Translations under genes and position numbers: made by a program | Shown: positions 27,928 to 37,116 of the stretch, piece by piece | How positions within the stretch are numbered: the first letter of the stretch is position 1 | How the letters are laid out: each line of letters begins with the position of its first letter | Assembly (NCBI GenBank): GCA_001823065.1 | Contig: MHTJ01000002.1 | Location: 53,532-117,531, forward strand | Direction of reading: 5' to 3' | Source of the DNA: Candidatus Vogelbacteria bacterium RIFOXYD1_FULL_44_32 | Lineage (GTDB): Bacteria; Patescibacteriota; Minisyncoccia; Phycocordibacterales; XYD1-FULL-46-19 | DNA length: 64,000 nucleotides | The notes under the pieces: model-generated | The model's input: only the letters and a program-made list of their open reading frames with translations | Told to the model about the DNA's origin: nothing | The model's database searches: none

Positions 27928-28341
27928 CTATCTCAATTGATGCGCCCCGAATATATTATGAGGCCCATATATATCATATTGATATACACATTTCAATTTC
28001 ACATTACCAGTCACCATATCACAATTAAATGTTCGAAATACCAACCCAGTATTAGCCGCCGCGACGAGCCACTCTCTTGGAGCCACAACATACACCACCT
28101 TAGACTCTTGAATAAAAACCTCAAGTTTCTTCAGAAAGTCATCAACGGTATCTGCCCAAAAGTTTTTATGGTGCTCAATATCTACTTCACCATCCAACCT
28201 GGCAATTACCAGCTTTTGCTCGGCGCTGAGATCGTGGCGTGAAAGCCATTTGACCTTCGGACCACATAATATTGTGGACCCTTGGTATCTGATTTTGGTT
28301 ATCTTAATTTCATCGGCAACCACAAAAACATCGCTACTCAT
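27928..28341 (-). CDS. Orphan hypothetical protein, SD-led
   Basis: TTGACT...TAGACT promoter near 28410-28440; AAGGAG SD; terminator near 27878-27906. Confidence 0.7.
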   Translation of the reverse strand: MSSDVFVVADEIKITKIRYQGSTILCGPKVKWLSRHDLSAEQKLVIARLDGEVDIEHHKNFWADTVDDFLKKLEVFIQESKVVYVVAPREWLVAAANTGLVFRTFNCDMVTGNVKLKCVYQYDIYGPHNIFGAHQLR

Positions 28342-28450
28342 TTATCATTACTCCTTGGGTGTTGGGTTTAGCGCGTTTACTAAACCATAAAAAGAACTTG
28401 GCTAGAAAAGAGTCTAGCAAATAATTCGTAAAAGTCAAAATCTACTTTGT

Positions 28451-28864
28451 TTAAACCGAGATTAGTCCGATAGTGGCAATAAGTATTATCACCGCCGACA
28501 AGGTAGGAATAATACACCAAGTGCAATTGTGTTTGAGAACGTGCAGTTGAATGTAAATAAGATACAGGGCATAAACACCCGCCAAAAGAGCAATAAGTAA
28601 AATTAAAATATTGAGGTAAAAACCACCACCGATAATTATATCAAGCAGGGTCAATAACGTCAGACTAGAAAAGTAAGCCAAGCCAATTTGGTCATTGGGT
28701 ATTCCCCACCACGAGCTGTGGCTACTGGAAATTATCCAGTCACAGTCAGAAGAAATGACGCACTCGATAGCTTGGCCATGTTTACGATGACGATAAACAT
28801 AATATGACGCCACCCAGCCAATAACCGTAACGACTAAAATTACTAACAAAAAAAGAATGGGCAT
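28451..28864 (-). CDS. Vitamin K epoxide reductase (VKOR) family protein
   Basis: CVISSDCDWIISS...GIPN; four TMs; CTWC redox motif. Confidence 0.9.
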   Translation of the reverse strand: MPILFLLVILVVTVIGWVASYYVYRHRKHGQAIECVISSDCDWIISSSHSSWWGIPNDQIGLAYFSSLTLLTLLDIIIGGGFYLNILILLIALLAGVYALYLIYIQLHVLKHNCTWCIIPTLSAVIILIATIGLISV

Positions 28865-28995
28865 CAGTCAATCATACCACGTTGTAAAATATGGTCTATA
28901 TTGCCAGTTGACTCTCCCCACTAAACCACTACAATGAAATTAGCGTAATCTTGGTCTCCCCCATCCCCCAACCTACCCGAAAGGAGGTGAGGTAA

Positions 28996-29286
28996 ATGAA
29001 CATTTCGACGCCAATTGATTTTGCGATTGTGCAAGAAGCAAAAAAGTTGGCCGGAGATTGGCCCCTGGAAGTCTCGCGCCAAGAAGAACTGGGAAATTTG
29101 ATACTCATCTTCACTTTTCCCCCAAACTTCACCAACTTCCAAGGCCAGTCATTGACCGTGGTGATTGAAGGAAACAAACCCCCTTCCTTTCATCCCACCA
29201 AATATTTTGAGCGGATCGCACACAACTTGACCCACAAATTTCACGGGCAGGACAAAACCAAAAAGCACGGCAACGGAAGGAGATAG
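28996..29286 (+). CDS. Orphan hypothetical protein, SD-led
   Basis: TTGACT-16-TACAAT promoter; AAAGGAGGTG SD; downstream hairpin and T-run. Confidence 0.65.
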   Translation: MNISTPIDFAIVQEAKKLAGDWPLEVSRQEELGNLILIFTFPPNFTNFQGQSLTVVIEGNKPPSFHPTKYFERIAHNLTHKFHGQDKTKKHGNGRR

Positions 29287-29425
29287 TCCAATGACCAGGG
29301 GGATCCCAACCAAAAACTCGGTCGGTGTCGCATACGCCACTGCCACACCGCCGAGTTTTTACTTTTGTCCCAAACAAAAACCGCTCTTACGAGCGGTTTT
29401 TGTTTGGGAAAATCTTTAAAAAAGA

Positions 29426-29692
29426 TTAACGGCGAGGACGCTCTTCCATTGGACGAGCTTCGTTGACAGTCAAGTTGCGACCGCCAAAGTCTTTGCCATT
29501 CCACATTTCGATCGCTTTTTCAGCGTCGGAATCACTTTCGAATTCAACGAAACCAAAACCCTTTGAGCGGCCGGTCATCCGATCCATAATTATGGTTGCA
29601 GATGACACAACGCCAGCTTGTGAAAAAGTCTCTTTGAGTTCGTTGTCGGTAGTCGAGTAAGGTAGACCACCAACATACAATTTCTTAGCCAT
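29426..29692 (-). CDS. RRM RNA-binding protein
   Basis: KLYVGGL (RNP2); KGFGFVEF (RNP1); LTVNEARP. Confidence 0.96.
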   Translation of the reverse strand: MAKKLYVGGLPYSTTDNELKETFSQAGVVSSATIIMDRMTGRSKGFGFVEFESDSDAEKAIEMWNGKDFGGRNLTVNEARPMEERPRR

Positions 29693-29874
29693 GTGTGAAT
29701 ACTAGATTCTAATAACCGGCGAAGTAACGACCTCTCATACTGGTCTCTCTTTTGCTGTTTGTATCGCACACATGGAGAGAATACATTTTGAGGAAACTAC
29801 GCACACTGCCAGTATAGCAAAAATATAAAGAAAAGTCAATTAAAATGAGCGAGGTTTTCCTCGCTCATAGCAAA

Positions 29875-30375
29875 CTACGGCCGAGGTGGCGCCAAGGCAA
29901 GCGAAAGAGACTTGTTTTTAAACCTCTTATCACTTGTTACGTCGACCGCCAGCTTTGCCCAATCTGGCAGGGTAAAGTTATGAGCTTCCTCCTCTGTTTT
30001 GAACTCGCACTCAAGCACCACTAGTCCCGCCAAATAGCCAGTGTACTCGTCGAGCTCTAGCACAAGCTGACCAAATTTGAAAAAATACCGGTTCTTGTTG
30101 ACGGTCCTCCCCACAGCCAGCGGCCGAAGACTGTCGTAAATAACCCTCGGTAGTTCTACTTCAGTCTCTTGCCGAACCAGGCCCTCGCCTTTTTTGACAG
30201 TCAAAAAGTACTTCCGACCAGACCGACGAACCCGCGTCTCCCCCTCTTCTGCAGGTAGGTATGCCTGCTCGATAAAAAGGCACGGAACTTGGTTGTGGTC
30301 GACATAAACCACAAGTGGCGGCATTGTTGGCAACCAAAACTTCCGTTCAATTTCATAGCCGATAGGGTTACTCAT
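29875..30375 (-). CDS. CYTH-domain protein (adenylate cyclase/triphosphatase-like)
   Basis: EIERKF; EQAYL; RVRR; LTVKKGEGLVRQETE; ELDEY; LECEF; DVTSDKRFKN. Confidence 0.92.
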   Translation of the reverse strand: MSNPIGYEIERKFWLPTMPPLVVYVDHNQVPCLFIEQAYLPAEEGETRVRRSGRKYFLTVKKGEGLVRQETEVELPRVIYDSLRPLAVGRTVNKNRYFFKFGQLVLELDEYTGYLAGLVVLECEFKTEEEAHNFTLPDWAKLAVDVTSDKRFKNKSLSLALAPPRP

Positions 30376-30485
30376 CTCTCCCTCCCTTGTCAAAGACCCT
30401 CCGATTTCGCCGTTTTCGGCTCGTCAGCCCAAGCACCCACTTGGGGATCGGGAGCAGTTTAGTGACTTGCTCAGGTCATCTGCGC

Positions 30486-30596
30486 CTAGGCAGGGGTTCC
30501 TCCTTTCTCGCGAGCCATCGCCTCTTTAATATCCTTCTCGAGGCGCTCGAGGTAGCGGTCCACGTCTTCAGAGGTGCAGTCTTGCTTGCTGTTCAT
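30486..30596 (-). CDS. 36-aa ORF upstream of the CYTH gene
   Basis: GAGG SD; MNSKQDCTSEDVDRYLERLEKDIKEAMAREKGGTPA. Confidence 0.45.
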   Translation of the reverse strand: MNSKQDCTSEDVDRYLERLEKDIKEAMAREKGGTPA

Positions 30597-30765
30597 TTTA
30601 TTTCCTCTAGTTAAGGTCCAAGTTACTATCAAGATTCTGCCACTGTTTAAGTAAAGTGTCCTATATTATGACAATTTATATTTTTATATTTAAAAAAACC
30701 TTATTTATAGCCATTTTATACATATATTTGTTGACTTTTTTATCGACAATAGTATTATTTACGAA

Positions 30766-31515
30766 ATGATTATTGAAGATTACCTCCAAAAAATTGGCCT
30801 GACCGAAAAAGAAGCCAAACTCTATATTGCCGGTCTGCAAAATGGCCCCTCCACCATCCAAGAATTAGCCAATGAGTCGGGTTTAAAGAGAACAACAATT
30901 TACGAAATTGTAGACAGCCTAAAAGAGAAAAAACTAATCAATACCAGTCTACGCGAAAAGAAAAAGATTTTTATTATGGAAGAACCAGAAAACGTTGGTC
31001 TTTTTCTCAGACAACGCGAAAACATTTTTAACAAGATTTTGCCCGAGCTTGAAGCTTTGAAAAATATGGATACCAAAAAGCCAATGGCTCGCATTTATGA
31101 AGGTCGGGATGGTCTGGAAAAAATATATGAGGATATGATAAAAAAACCCGGCACAATCTTGGTCCTCGCAGCGCCCAAAGACCTCATCCTCCCTGGTCTT
31201 CTTGATTATCTAAAAAACGACTGGGAATTTCGGCGAATTAAAAACGGTATTGATATGCGCCGAGTAAATATAAATCTGACCGGCAACAAGCATATGGATT
31301 ATAAGATAAAACCAAATCCCGAAGAGTGTGAGAATATTAAATATCTACCGATAGACAACTACCCCTTTACCGTCGGTATTTATATTTATCGTAAAAAAGT
31401 TGCCTTCGTCTCATATCAGCACGAAGAAATGTTTGGCACTATTCTACGCAGTCCTGCCATCTGCCTCACTATGAAAGCTCTATTTGAAAACTTTTGGCAA
31501 ATGGATCGATCATAG
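30766..31515 (+). CDS. TrmB-family transcriptional regulator
   Basis: IGLTEKEAKLYIAGL...LKRTTIYEIVDSL; RIYEGRDGL. Confidence 0.9.
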   Translation: MIIEDYLQKIGLTEKEAKLYIAGLQNGPSTIQELANESGLKRTTIYEIVDSLKEKKLINTSLREKKKIFIMEEPENVGLFLRQRENIFNKILPELEALKNMDTKKPMARIYEGRDGLEKIYEDMIKKPGTILVLAAPKDLILPGLLDYLKNDWEFRRIKNGIDMRRVNINLTGNKHMDYKIKPNPEECENIKYLPIDNYPFTVGIYIYRKKVAFVSYQHEEMFGTILRSPAICLTMKALFENFWQMDRS

Positions 31516-31566
31516 CCTTTCATATAAAAACCGCCACTTCGAAAAATATCGAAGTGGCGGGTATTT

Positions 31567-32538
31567 CTATTTCCCCACGACCGACTGGTAGTAGCGAAAA
31601 TAGTCCATGGCCCGCGCGGTGTTGTGCTCTCTGGACGAACAATACTTCTCCGCATCCCAAGCGAAGTAAGATTGGTGGTAGGCGTCGGTCACATATCGAG
31701 CACATAGCTCAAGGGTAATAAGGGCGACCGCCTCGCGAATTTCGTCCCGCGTATAGGGCGGACGATATTCCGACCGGTAAGCCTCTACCACTTCCTCAAA
31801 CAATCGCGTGTCAAAGACAAAACCATCGCGTCGACACCAGCTCCGCAAGGAATCCCCTAGGTCAAGCAAGACACTGCCTCGCATTAAAGTGTCAAAATCA
31901 ACCAACGCCACCGCCCGTTGTCCGACAAACAAAAAGTTGTCAAACTTGGGATCGCCATGGATTAGCTGGCGGTCATTGGTTCTAGCGACAAGATGAAGCG
32001 AGGCACCGGCTTTGATCTTTTCGGCCAACTCGGCCAAATCGCCAGCAATACGATGAGTGGTGACCAACTCATACATCCGGCCAACAATCCCGGCCGTATC
32101 ATGAAAGCCGGTCAGGGTAAAGCAAGGTTCATAGCGACAATCAGCCATCAAGCGATGAAACCGCCCCATCATCATCGCCGCCGAAGACAAGGTGGCATAA
32201 TTCTTCTCCACCGCCTCATCGTGTTTAATATAACGAGTCGCTCGCCAATGATAGCCACCTAGAGTGAGAGACAAAGCGCCACTAGGAGCTATCATAGGCT
32301 CAGGCACCACGAAACCGCGGGCCGACAACCAACCAAAAAGAAACAGGCTATCAACCGTCACTCGCTCATCAAAAATATTGGCGAGCTTCTGGATAATGAC
32401 CGTCCCTTTTTCGGTCTCCACTTCGTAAGTCTTGTTGACGAACCCTCGGCCATTTATCACTTGCGACCGCACCTCGCCCAGCTTAAAAAAAGCCAGCACT
32501 TCGGCCAAGGTATTTTCCAAGGTCAAATTGTCATTCAT
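31567..32538 (-). CDS. APH/choline-kinase-fold phosphotransferase
   Basis: GFVNKTY; IHGDPKFDNFLF; LVDFDTLM; DLGDSLRSW. Confidence 0.88.
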   Translation of the reverse strand: MNDNLTLENTLAEVLAFFKLGEVRSQVINGRGFVNKTYEVETEKGTVIIQKLANIFDERVTVDSLFLFGWLSARGFVVPEPMIAPSGALSLTLGGYHWRATRYIKHDEAVEKNYATLSSAAMMMGRFHRLMADCRYEPCFTLTGFHDTAGIVGRMYELVTTHRIAGDLAELAEKIKAGASLHLVARTNDRQLIHGDPKFDNFLFVGQRAVALVDFDTLMRGSVLLDLGDSLRSWCRRDGFVFDTRLFEEVVEAYRSEYRPPYTRDEIREAVALITLELCARYVTDAYHQSYFAWDAEKYCSSREHNTARAMDYFRYYQSVVGK

Positions 32539-32683
32539 CTGGTGTCCTCCAATGTTAAGACCAGTTCTACCTAATACAACTGAGTTTTTACTATATTTGT
32601 CCCTTTCTCTGGCTCGTGCTAGAAAGATAGGGCCAGATGCAACAAATGGACGACCTCGGTAGTTATATAAGAAAAGACTAAAT

Positions 32684-33253
32684 ATGTTTGACTTTACCCC
32701 CTACCAAAATCTAAGCGACGAGGAACTGCTAAAGCTATCCCTAAAGCATCCTAGTCTTTTTAATGTTTTGCTTAACCGCTACCAAGACAAGCTGTACCGG
32801 CGCGCTTTTTCGCTTTTACAAGAAGACGAGGAAGCCAAAGACGCCGTTCAAGAAACTTTTGTCAGTATTTACCTTCACGCTGGGCAGTTTCAAGCCAAAT
32901 CAACCGCTTCTTTTTCATCTTGGGCCTATGCCATAACAACCAACAAATGTTTTACTATCTACAAAAAAAAGCGTAATCAAAAGAACCGCACCGTTCCCCT
33001 ATCAACCGAGCTAGAAGCTTTACTCGCCAGCAAAGATGAAATGAGGGAACACAACCTCAAAGACTTGGCTTGCCACCTACTATCAATTATTCCCAAACCA
33101 ATGAGAAGAGTATTAACTCTCGTTAACGACGGCTATTCCTACGAAGAAATTGCCCTGCAAGAGAAAGTTTCTCCCTCAAGCATCCGCAGCCGCGTGCACC
33201 GAGCCCGCAAGATTTTAAACGATGTGGCTAAAGATTTAAAAGTATATATGTAA
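32684..33253 (+). CDS. ECF RNA polymerase sigma factor
   Basis: EAKDAVQETF; FSSWAYAI; SYEEIA...IRSRVHRARK. Confidence 0.93.
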   Translation: MFDFTPYQNLSDEELLKLSLKHPSLFNVLLNRYQDKLYRRAFSLLQEDEEAKDAVQETFVSIYLHAGQFQAKSTASFSSWAYAITTNKCFTIYKKKRNQKNRTVPLSTELEALLASKDEMREHNLKDLACHLLSIIPKPMRRVLTLVNDGYSYEEIALQEKVSPSSIRSRVHRARKILNDVAKDLKVYM

Positions 33254-33260
33254 AATTATT

Positions 33261-33596
33261 ATGACTACCAACATTAAACTATCAAAAAAAATAATGCGCC
33301 GGATTTATGTTTTACATACCGCTCGTCTTTTATTGTCACCTATAGCAATAAAAATTTATGCCGTATTAATTTTCAGTAGTCTAATTAGCACCAAGGTTTC
33401 TATTTACGACGTGGTCGCTAATATGACCAATATTCATAGTGCTTATGATTTTTTAAATTTTTGGTTGTCCGCTTTAACCAATACCGAGACGATAATTCAA
33501 CTTGGGACAATAATTATAGCAACCACCTTCGTGTTTATATGTCGTGATATTTATCACAATTTACAACAACCAAATTTAGCTTTCCAAAAAAATTAG
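33261..33596 (+). CDS. Two-TM protein, candidate anti-sigma factor
   Basis: Starts 7 nt after the ECF sigma gene; two hydrophobic helices. Confidence 0.6.
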   Translation: MTTNIKLSKKIMRRIYVLHTARLLLSPIAIKIYAVLIFSSLISTKVSIYDVVANMTNIHSAYDFLNFWLSALTNTETIIQLGTIIIATTFVFICRDIYHNLQQPNLAFQKN

Positions 33597-33608
33597 ACCT
33601 CGACGCTT

Positions 33609-33940
33609 GGCACCGAGAATCGGTCACGAGTTACTAACTAAATTCATCACTACGTTCTTCATTTATATTTATTAAGTACTCTTGACCCCGCCTCGGCTGT
33701 CTCGCTACACTCGACATGCCTGCGGCCTTCGATTCCGGCCACAAGCCAAGTCCTAAAGCCGTCCGGCTCGAAGTAGGCCAGTTGACTTGCTCACACCTCC
33801 ATTCTGTCGGGGCGCCGAGACGCTTCGCTATCTCACACCTCGGAAACCCACGGTTTTCCGACGGGCTTCGCCCTGCCTTCCTCTGCGGAGAACTCCCGTT
33901 CCCCGACCCCCTCCCGTCCGATTCTTGGCTTCCTCAATTT
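33609..33940 (-). repeat. Two tandem tRNA-downstream elements (core A then core B), each ending in a tRNA-Pro 3'-end copy
   Basis: 33805-33820 identical to 33950-33965; 33609-33622 matches 33956-33969 at 13/14; 33844-33883 identical to 35033-35072. Confidence 0.8.
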
Positions 33941-33951
33941 ACTTCGTAATG

Positions 33952-34022
33952 TCGGGGCGCCGAGAATCGAACTCGGACCGCTCGGTCCCAAACCGAGTAC
34001 ACTACCACTATGCTACGCCCCG
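33952..34022 (-). tRNA. tRNA-Pro(TGG), CCA not encoded
   Basis: CGGGGCG acceptor; CTCGG-TT-TGG-GA-CCGAG; GTTCGATTC. Confidence 0.97.
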
Positions 34023-34122
34023 CTGCCGTGGCCATAGCCACTCCAGCGTGGCAAAGGCCCGTTTCCAACTCCCCTATCCTAACAAAAAAACTAATCACTG
34101 TCATCATTTAGAAACTAGCTAG

Positions 34123-34506
34123 TCAAGAAATATCCTCGATGTATTCAATTTTAAGTAATTTTTGATTTTTATCCAGATATACTGCCACCGCATCTAATTG
34201 CCAATCCAGCTCTTCATATTGTTCATTGTTTAGTAAAAATGTCTCGATTGTCCGGTACAACCGCTTTAGCTTCCACGGGTGAATATTATCCTCTGGTTCA
34301 TAAGTGTCCCCTGTTTCATGTAAAACACCTGCCCTAGTAACTGTTTTTACCTCAACAAAGTGTACCACCTCCCCTTTTTGGGTAATAATATCAATTTCAC
34401 CCCATGGTTTACGATAATTGCGAGCAATAATAGCAAAACCCTTGGTTTTTAGGTGCTTTACCGCTAGATCCTCCCCTATTTGACCAACCTTATGTTTGAG
34501 TAACAT
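34123..34506 (-). CDS. yraN: YraN/UPF0102 family nuclease
   Basis: GQIGEDLA; ARNYRKPWGEIDII; FVEVKT. Confidence 0.92.
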   Translation of the reverse strand: MLLKHKVGQIGEDLAVKHLKTKGFAIIARNYRKPWGEIDIITQKGEVVHFVEVKTVTRAGVLHETGDTYEPEDNIHPWKLKRLYRTIETFLLNNEQYEELDWQLDAVAVYLDKNQKLLKIEYIEDIS

Positions 34507-34947
34507 TTTATTAAATTACAATAGTTCGAAGGCCAAATATAACAAAATTCTAGCAAATTTGACTCAAACACCCAAAATTGTTTCCCGTGAAATGCTTTTT
34601 ATGTTTTTTAAGTCTAAAACCCTATAATTACCTCTCCTTTCATAACTACCCATTTCACGGGAAACACCCCCTACCTAACGTTACTTAAGTAACGTTAGGT
34701 AGGGGGAAGAGATAGTTTTTAAGGATTAAAGCCATTTTTAGCCAAAAACCCTTTATTTAGGCCATTTATTCGGACATACTTATATTTATAGCCATTTATT
34801 TGGGACTGAAAAGGTCGTCTTTTATCCCCACCGTCCCCAACTTTATCCCCGTTTTTGACCAAAAATGGCCTAAAATATAACAATTTATGAGACCAGGTAT
34901 TGACTGGCCTTGTCTGTCGTTTTACTAAATCTGTTTCCCGTGAAATA
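34312..34947. promoter_or_regulatory. Cluster of four parS-like sites
   Basis: 34312 TGTTTCATGTAAAACA; 34579 TGTTTCCCGTGAAATG; 34651 CATTTCACGGGAAACA; 34932 TGTTTCCCGTGAAATA; consensus is TGTTTCACGTGAAACA. Confidence 0.8.
34667..34706. repeat. Perfect 40-bp palindrome
   Basis: ccccctacctaacgttactt followed directly by aagtaacgttaggtaggggg. Confidence 0.9.
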
Positions 34948-34969
34948 GGGGATTGATCGAACTTAATTT

Positions 34970-35166
34970 GTGCGGATAGGGAGAATCGGTCAGGAATAAT
35001 TTCAAAGAGCAAGGAGAGATCTCACTCCTCGAAAACCCACGGTTTTCCGACGGGCTTCGCCCTGCCTTCCTCCACGGAAACCTACCGGTTTCCGACCCTT
35101 CCCCGTTCTATTCTCCTTGCCCGCACGCCAAACAAAAACGCACCCCAAGGTGCGTTTTTGTTTGGC
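34970..35166 (-). repeat. tRNA-downstream element (hairpin, antisense tRNA end, core A and core B tail)
   Basis: 35105-35126 is the inverse of tRNA 35175-35196 at 21/22; 40-bp core shared with 33844-33883; 34-bp tail shared with 26874-26907. Confidence 0.8.
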
Positions 35167-35175
35167 CAAATTCTG

Positions 35176-35246
35176 TGCGGGCAAGGAGAATCGAACTCCT
35201 GTCTCGTCCTTGGCAAGGACGTGTTCTACCACTAAACCATGCCCGC
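35176..35246 (-). tRNA. tRNA-Gly(GCC), CCA not encoded
   Basis: GCGGGCA acceptor; CGTCC-TT-GCC-AA-GGACG; GTTCGATTC. Confidence 0.97.
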
Positions 35247-35331
35247 AAACAGTTTCAAGTATATATTGATTTCAAATTATAGTAAATATTCCCTTGGTTT
35301 TTAGCTTATAACATTGTATTGTTAAGCTATT

Positions 35332-35403
35332 GCTCTCGTGGTGAAATGGATATCACGACGGTCTTCGGAACCGTTGTTCCAGGTTCGAGTCCTGGCGGGA
35401 GCA
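35332..35403 (+). tRNA. tRNA-Arg(TCG), CCA not encoded
   Basis: GCTCTCG/CGGGAGC acceptor; ACGGT-CT-TCG-GA-ACCGT; GGTTCGAGTCC. Confidence 0.95.
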
Positions 35404-35410
35404 CAAAAAC

Positions 35411-36880
35411 ATGAAAATCGAACTAGTGGTGCCCAAGGAAGTTTCCCTAATAACCGACACTTTAGAGAAAGCCGGTTTTTCGGCGTATGTGGTGGGGGGG
35501 TCGGTCCGGGACTTGATTATGAATCGGGAACCGAAGGATTGGGACATCACGACCAGCGCCACTCCAGAAGAGATAATGGCCCTTTTTCCTAAAACTGTCT
35601 ATGAAAACCGCTTTGGTACGGTCATGGTGATAGACGAAGAGGGAATTGACCCAATTTTAAAAAATATTGAAGTCACTCCATACCGCCTCGAGTCTGACTA
35701 TAGTGATAACCGCCACCCCAATGAAGTGATTTTTGCCAAAAACATTGAGGACGATTTGGCCCGACGTGATTTTACTATCAATGCTTTAGCTTATAACCCA
35801 ACCAGTAACGAACTGATTGACCTATACGGCGGTATAAGCGACATAAAAGACAAAGTAGTACGCACAGTCGGAGAAGCTGACAAACGCTTTACAGAAGACG
35901 CTTTACGGCTTATGCGGGCCATTCGTTTGGCAACCGAGCTTGGTTTCACGTGCAACCAAGAAACCCTAGCCTCAATCACCAAAAACGCCGAGTTATTAAA
36001 AAATATTTCAGCCGAACGGGTGCGGGAAGAGTTTAATAAAATAATTATGTCCCCAAACCCAATGCGGGGAATTGAAACGATTAAGGATAGTGGTCTTTTA
36101 CCCTATGTTTTACCAGAATTAATACCAGCGATCGGTAATGAACAAGGGCGTTCCCATATTTATGATGTTTGGGAGCATTTACTACGCGCCCTGCAACACG
36201 CGGCCGATAAAAATTACCCGTTACACCTACGGTTATCCGCCTTGTTTCATGATATCGGCAAACCAGCTACCCGGCGCTTCGACAGCCAAGCCAAAATCTG
36301 GACTTTTTATGGTCACGAGGTAGTGGGAGCCAGAATAGTGGCCAAAGTTATGGCTAATTTGAAGTATCCCAAGAAAATTAGCGATGACGTGGAACGTTTG
36401 GTGCGTTATCATATGTTTTTTATGGATACCGAGCAACTCACCCTCTCGGCGGTGCGCCGGGTCGTGGCCAAAGTCGGGCCAGAAAACATTTGGGACCTAA
36501 TGAAACTACGAATGTCGGACCGGATTGGTATGGGTCGGCCCAAGGAAGACCCCTATCGACTAAGAAAATACGAGTCAATGATTGATGAGGCCCTCCGTAG
36601 TCCAACCTCGGTCACGATGCTTAAAATCGACGGCGCAGATTTGATAAAAGAGCTGGGTTTGAAACCCGGGCCCAAATTTAGCCATATTTTACATGCTCTT
36701 TTAGAGGAAGCCTTAGATAAACCGGAAATAAATACTAAAGAATACCTCCTAAAACGGGCCGAGGAGTTGAACAAATTGGATGAAAAAACCTTAAAAAAGC
36801 TTGGAGATAAGGGAAAGGAAAAGAAGGGGGAAGTAGAAGAAAAAGAATTAAGAGAAATTAGAAAAAAACATAAGGTTTAA
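35411..36880 (+). CDS. cca: CCA tRNA nucleotidyltransferase with HD domain
   Basis: VGGSVRDL...DWDITT; DLARRDFTINA; FTEDALRLMRAIR; LFHDIGKP. Confidence 0.95.
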   Translation: MKIELVVPKEVSLITDTLEKAGFSAYVVGGSVRDLIMNREPKDWDITTSATPEEIMALFPKTVYENRFGTVMVIDEEGIDPILKNIEVTPYRLESDYSDNRHPNEVIFAKNIEDDLARRDFTINALAYNPTSNELIDLYGGISDIKDKVVRTVGEADKRFTEDALRLMRAIRLATELGFTCNQETLASITKNAELLKNISAERVREEFNKIIMSPNPMRGIETIKDSGLLPYVLPELIPAIGNEQGRSHIYDVWEHLLRALQHAADKNYPLHLRLSALFHDIGKPATRRFDSQAKIWTFYGHEVVGARIVAKVMANLKYPKKISDDVERLVRYHMFFMDTEQLTLSAVRRVVAKVGPENIWDLMKLRMSDRIGMGRPKEDPYRLRKYESMIDEALRSPTSVTMLKIDGADLIKELGLKPGPKFSHILHALLEEALDKPEINTKEYLLKRAEELNKLDEKTLKKLGDKGKEKKGEVEEKELREIRKKHKV

Positions 36881-36885
36881 GATTT

Positions 36886-36918
36886 AATCCCTCCGCCGGC
36901 TTCGCCGGCGGAGGGATT
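36886..36918. terminator. Intrinsic terminator
   Basis: aatccctccgccggc-ttc-gccggcggagggatt. Confidence 0.8.
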
Positions 36919-36924
36919 TTAGAA

Positions 36925-37116
36925 ACAAACAACCCGCTCACTATAGGTTGGAGCGGGGGAGCGGTGTCGAATTTACGAGAAGCCGAGGGCTTCACTGGGC
37001 TCTGTCAAGAGAATAAATAGACAGGGCAATAATTTAAAAAATGAGGAGAACTAAACATAGAAGCTCTCCAAGCATTCGTAAAGGACACAAGCTAGAAAGG
37101 ACCTGATCATCGTCTG
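36925..37116 (-). ncRNA. Candidate ~190-nt structured RNA with its own promoter and terminator
   Basis: TTGTCC-17-TACAAT (37150-37122); four-way junction; cccgctc/gagcggg hairpin followed by U-rich tail. Confidence 0.4.

Noticed and set aside
33609-33965. tRNA-end direct repeats read as a CRISPR array or prophage att sites
   Set aside because: Spacing is too long for CRISPR, the intervening sequences are shared between loci, and there is no integrase or cargo between the repeats
34821-34850. TCCCC repeats as MraZ boxes
   Set aside because: Spacing is 9 and 12 rather than 10, and there is no mraZ or dcw cluster here
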